DNA of 64,000 nucleotides from Deltaproteobacteria bacterium (GTDB taxonomy: Bacteria; Myxococcota_A; Polyangia; Fen-1088): contig JAFGPX010000115.1 of NCBI GenBank assembly GCA_016935975.1, positions 583 to 64,582 on the forward strand. Direction: 5' to 3'. The notes under the pieces were generated by a model. It did not search any database, was not told the DNA's origin, and saw nothing but the letters and a program-made list of their open reading frames with translations. The translations under genes and the position numbers were made by a program. This document shows, piece by piece, positions 61,211 through 64,000 of this stretch. The number at the start of each line of letters is the position of its first letter. Within the stretch, counting starts at the first letter, position 1.

Positions 61211-63361
61211 TCACGGTGCCGCAGCTCCGGGGCCGTCCCGTGGGGGCACACTCTTGCGACCAAGCTGGTCGAGAGCCTGCGTGATCGCCAAGATTCGCAC
61301 CTCGTCGCCCGAAGCCCTCGCCAACAGAAGCGCTCGCTGCAGAACTGAGCCCGCCTCGGCAAGCTGACCCTGCTCGGCAAGGGCATGGGCGCGGTCGCTC
61401 AATTTGCCGATGGCGTCTGGGTTGATTTCCGCGGCTTTTCGCAGGTGAGATATCGCCTCGTCGCCTCGCCCGGCATCCGCCAGCAGAAAGCCGAGGTTGT
61501 GGTGAGCATCACCATAGGTGGGGTCGATTCCCACCGCCTTTCGGAAATGCGCCACGGCTTCATCGATCCGCCCCGATCGCGCCAGGAGGATACCGAGGCC
61601 GTTGTGAGACTTGGCATGCCTGGGGTTGAGATGCAGAGCCTTCTGGTAGTGAGTGATCGCGTCGCTCTCTCGACGCATTCCCGCCGCAAGCATACCGAGG
61701 TTGAATTCAGCGTCCGCATAGCCAGGATTGACTTGCAGGGCCTTCAGAAGATGAGCTTCGGCTTCATCGGCTTGTCCCATCCTCGCCAGGAGAACACCAA
61801 GGTTGTTGTGGGCTTGGGCCTGGTTGGGGTCGATCTGCAGTGCTTTCTGGTAGTGGAGAACCGCCTCCTCGGGGCGCCCTTTCTTCTCCGCCAGAGCACC
61901 GAGGTTGTTGTAGGTCTTGGCGTGATCGGCATCCAGATTCAGCGCCTTGAGATAGTGGGCCAAGGCCTCGTCGTCTCGTCCTGATTTCGCTAGGAGAAGG
62001 CCGATGTTGTAGTGTGCGTCGCCGAATCTGGGATCGATGCCGAGTGCCCTCTGGTAGTGGCTCATGGCCTCATCGTCTCGACCCTTGTTCATCAGCAGGA
62101 GACCGAGATTGTTGTGGGCCAGAGCGCACTCGTCGTTGCTCGCAAGGGTCGCGCGATACAGGGTCTCGACGTCTGCGTACCTGCCGGCCTGCCTCCAGGT
62201 CAGAACCAGCAGCACGCTCACCAGCGCCCCACCGACCACACGAGCTGCCCACCCTCGCGTGCCCTCCCTCAAAACGCCCGCTCCCTTCTCGACAAGGGCG
62301 GCAGCAAGGGCCATCGGCCCGATGGCCGCGAGATACTGGAAATGATCGGCCACGAAGGAGTAGCGGGAGAAGTACAGGCTGACGAAGCCAAGGGCAGGCA
62401 GGAGCATGCCAGCAAAGTAGAGCAGCACAGAGAGAGGCGTCCGCGAGCGGTTCCGCAGTCTCCAGAAAAGCAGCAAGGTGATGAGGAATGCCACGGCTGG
62501 AAGGTATTGCCACGGCACCCTGGCATCGACGTGCCATCGGGGGTAGATGAAAACCAGATTGGCCGGCCAGAGGAGCTTGTAGAGATAGAACCAGAACGCC
62601 CTCCCCGCAATCAGGCACCTCTCCGCGAAGCCAAGACCGAAGTCGGCGCCCGCAGCCCCCATGAACGTGCGCTCAACCCAGGTTGTGGCCACCCCAGCGG
62701 CCACGCCGATGGCAACGAAGGGTAGTAGGGGCACGACATCCCGCCTCCACCCGATTCTCCCGCGCATCCACCAGAAGACCACGAGCAGCGCCGCGGGCAG
62801 CGGGACGATCGACGTCTTGGCGAGCAAGGCGAGCACGAACAGGACCAGAGCGAAGGCATAGTGCTTCCTCTCCCGATCTCGGTCGAACTTCACATAGACC
62901 AGCGCCGCGCCCAGGAAGAGCACCCCAGACAGGGTGTTCTTCAGCTCCGTTATCCAGGCGACCGACTCGACCATCACCGGATGCAGGGCGAAGAACCCGC
63001 CAGCCAGCCATGCCCCTGGGATGCTGAGTCTCCGCAAGATCCTCACGACAAGCAAGGCGCAGAGGCCATGTAGCAGGATGTTGACCAGGTGGTAGCCCAC
63101 GGTCGCATCTGCCCACAATTGGCTTTGCAGCCAGAAGGCCGTGTGAACCAGGGGATAGTATTGCACCTTCCTGCTCGGGTGCGCCCACAGGTGTCCCAGC
63201 CCACTGATCGAGCGGAGCTCTGGGGGCGCCATGTACGCGTCATCATCCCAGAGCGGCTGTCCGGTCCACGCGGGCCGATAAGCGAGGAAGGTCGCGGCCA
63301 GTAGCAGCAGCCCCAGCAACCAATCACGCTTCCCTGACGATGGTCCTTTGCGCTCCACCAA
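61211..63361 (-). CDS. polytopic membrane protein with C-terminal TPR repeats, similar in arrangement to TMTC-like glycosyltransferases (GT-C fold)
   Basis: About 11 N-terminal transmembrane helices are predicted. At least 7 TPR units (AHNNLG.LL...G..DEA..HY.KAL..DP) follow. Confidence 0.75.
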   Translation of the reverse strand: MVERKGPSSGKRDWLLGLLLLAATFLAYRPAWTGQPLWDDDAYMAPPELRSISGLGHLWAHPSRKVQYYPLVHTAFWLQSQLWADATVGYHLVNILLHGLCALLVVRILRRLSIPGAWLAGGFFALHPVMVESVAWITELKNTLSGVLFLGAALVYVKFDRDRERKHYAFALVLFVLALLAKTSIVPLPAALLVVFWWMRGRIGWRRDVVPLLPFVAIGVAAGVATTWVERTFMGAAGADFGLGFAERCLIAGRAFWFYLYKLLWPANLVFIYPRWHVDARVPWQYLPAVAFLITLLLFWRLRNRSRTPLSVLLYFAGMLLPALGFVSLYFSRYSFVADHFQYLAAIGPMALAAALVEKGAGVLREGTRGWAARVVGGALVSVLLVLTWRQAGRYADVETLYRATLASNDECALAHNNLGLLLMNKGRDDEAMSHYQRALGIDPRFGDAHYNIGLLLAKSGRDDEALAHYLKALNLDADHAKTYNNLGALAEKKGRPEEAVLHYQKALQIDPNQAQAHNNLGVLLARMGQADEAEAHLLKALQVNPGYADAEFNLGMLAAGMRRESDAITHYQKALHLNPRHAKSHNGLGILLARSGRIDEAVAHFRKAVGIDPTYGDAHHNLGFLLADAGRGDEAISHLRKAAEINPDAIGKLSDRAHALAEQGQLAEAGSVLQRALLLARASGDEVRILAITQALDQLGRKSVPPRDGPGAAAP

Positions 63362-63497
63362 GGCTCCTAACTAGGCGCCGGCCGGGCTACGATCGGGCCG
63401 CGCCAGGACGCGGTGCCGACGACGTCCTTGTCCGGGGTATCCCTTCACGACGACGCCCGATGCCGGAGGCTCTTCATCTAGGAAACCTGCGCTCCGC

Positions 63498-63926
63498 TCA
63501 GCGAACACAGCGGACGTACAACGCGGCCGACTCGGGATATGTCCGGAGCTCGCCGTTCGTGAAGTCGACCACCCAAGCAGTCGTTGAGTCTGGCACAGCC
63601 ATCGTGGCCGACCAGAACGGCAGATCGTACGGTGTCGACGGAAATGCGCTGGCGTCGATGGCCGGAGACTGCTGCGACACGTCCACGATGGTTGCCAGCT
63701 CCGTAACGGACGGCAACCGCCAGCCGCTGGAACACTGCAAGCCTGCCTGTGACCGGGTGTAGGTGGTGGAACCTGGCGAACGCTGCCAGGTCAGACCGGT
63801 CTTGTTGTCCAGCACGGTCGTACTGGTAGTCGTGTACCTCCCGCTGGGGGCCGCTGCATGCACCGCCGGCGCCACCCACAGGAGGACTGCAGTTGCGAGA
63901 ATGGGATGGATACTGGGCCTGCTCAT
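63498..63926 (-). CDS. secreted DUF1566 (Lcl C-terminal domain) protein
   Basis: The signal peptide is MSRPSIHPILATAVLLWVAPAVHAAAP. The DUF1566 signature reads TGLTWQR...GWRLPSVTELATI. Confidence 0.6.
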   Translation of the reverse strand: MSRPSIHPILATAVLLWVAPAVHAAAPSGRYTTTSTTVLDNKTGLTWQRSPGSTTYTRSQAGLQCSSGWRLPSVTELATIVDVSQQSPAIDASAFPSTPYDLPFWSATMAVPDSTTAWVVDFTNGELRTYPESAALYVRCVR

Positions 63927-64000
63927 CCGTGGCTCCTTGTCTCGACTAGAGCTCCTCGTAGACATGCCGACGCACCCATCAGCGCACGCAACGGACAGCA

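Overview
This is a high-GC, myxobacterial-type chromosomal window, and the later cellulolytic gene content points towards Sorangium or Polyangium-like organisms. It reads as dense chromosomal sequence with about 45 genes and no rRNA, tRNA or CRISPR array that I could recognise by eye. Three blocks stand out.

- 1 to about 30 kb: housekeeping and regulatory genes. These are coaE, engB, rimI, a MoxR–DUF58–BatA stress module followed by an sHsp and ychF, a rhomboid protease, two response regulators, an ABC1/UbiB kinase, an NtrC-type sigma-54 activator, a class II B12-dependent ribonucleotide reductase nrdJ with two NrdR boxes, and ftsE–ftsX–M23 peptidase. They are interspersed with secreted lipoproteins: a tandem pair of BNR-repeat lipoproteins and a Myxococcus Cys-repeat fibro-slime protein.
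- 34 to 38 kb: mutS2 translationally coupled to an upstream minimal nucleotidyltransferase-fold gene. A divergent, truncated DUF4062 (STAND N-terminal domain) pseudogene carrying an in-frame amber stop sits next to it.
- About 42 to 60 kb: an island of secreted carbohydrate-active lipoproteins. It contains an expansin-like protein, a GH12-like protein, a CBM-only protein, GH8, an outer-membrane beta-barrel, GH3, GH5 and a CE1-like esterase. Each carries a Gly/Ser-rich linker encoded by tandem repeats. An rve-family transposase with imperfect terminal inverted repeats bounds the island.

The candidates I would examine first are a standalone MutL/MORC-type GHKL ATPase fused to an Ig-like region, a RelA/SpoT-fold nucleotidyltransferase-like protein encoded beside two response-regulator genes, a 160-bp inverted-repeat-flanked intergenic element, and the nucleotidyltransferase–mutS2 coupling next to the decayed DUF4062 gene.

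Many long ORFs in the track are antisense or out-of-frame artefacts of GC-rich (GGC/GCC)n linker DNA and are rejected. All family assignments come from motif recognition by eye and need database confirmation.
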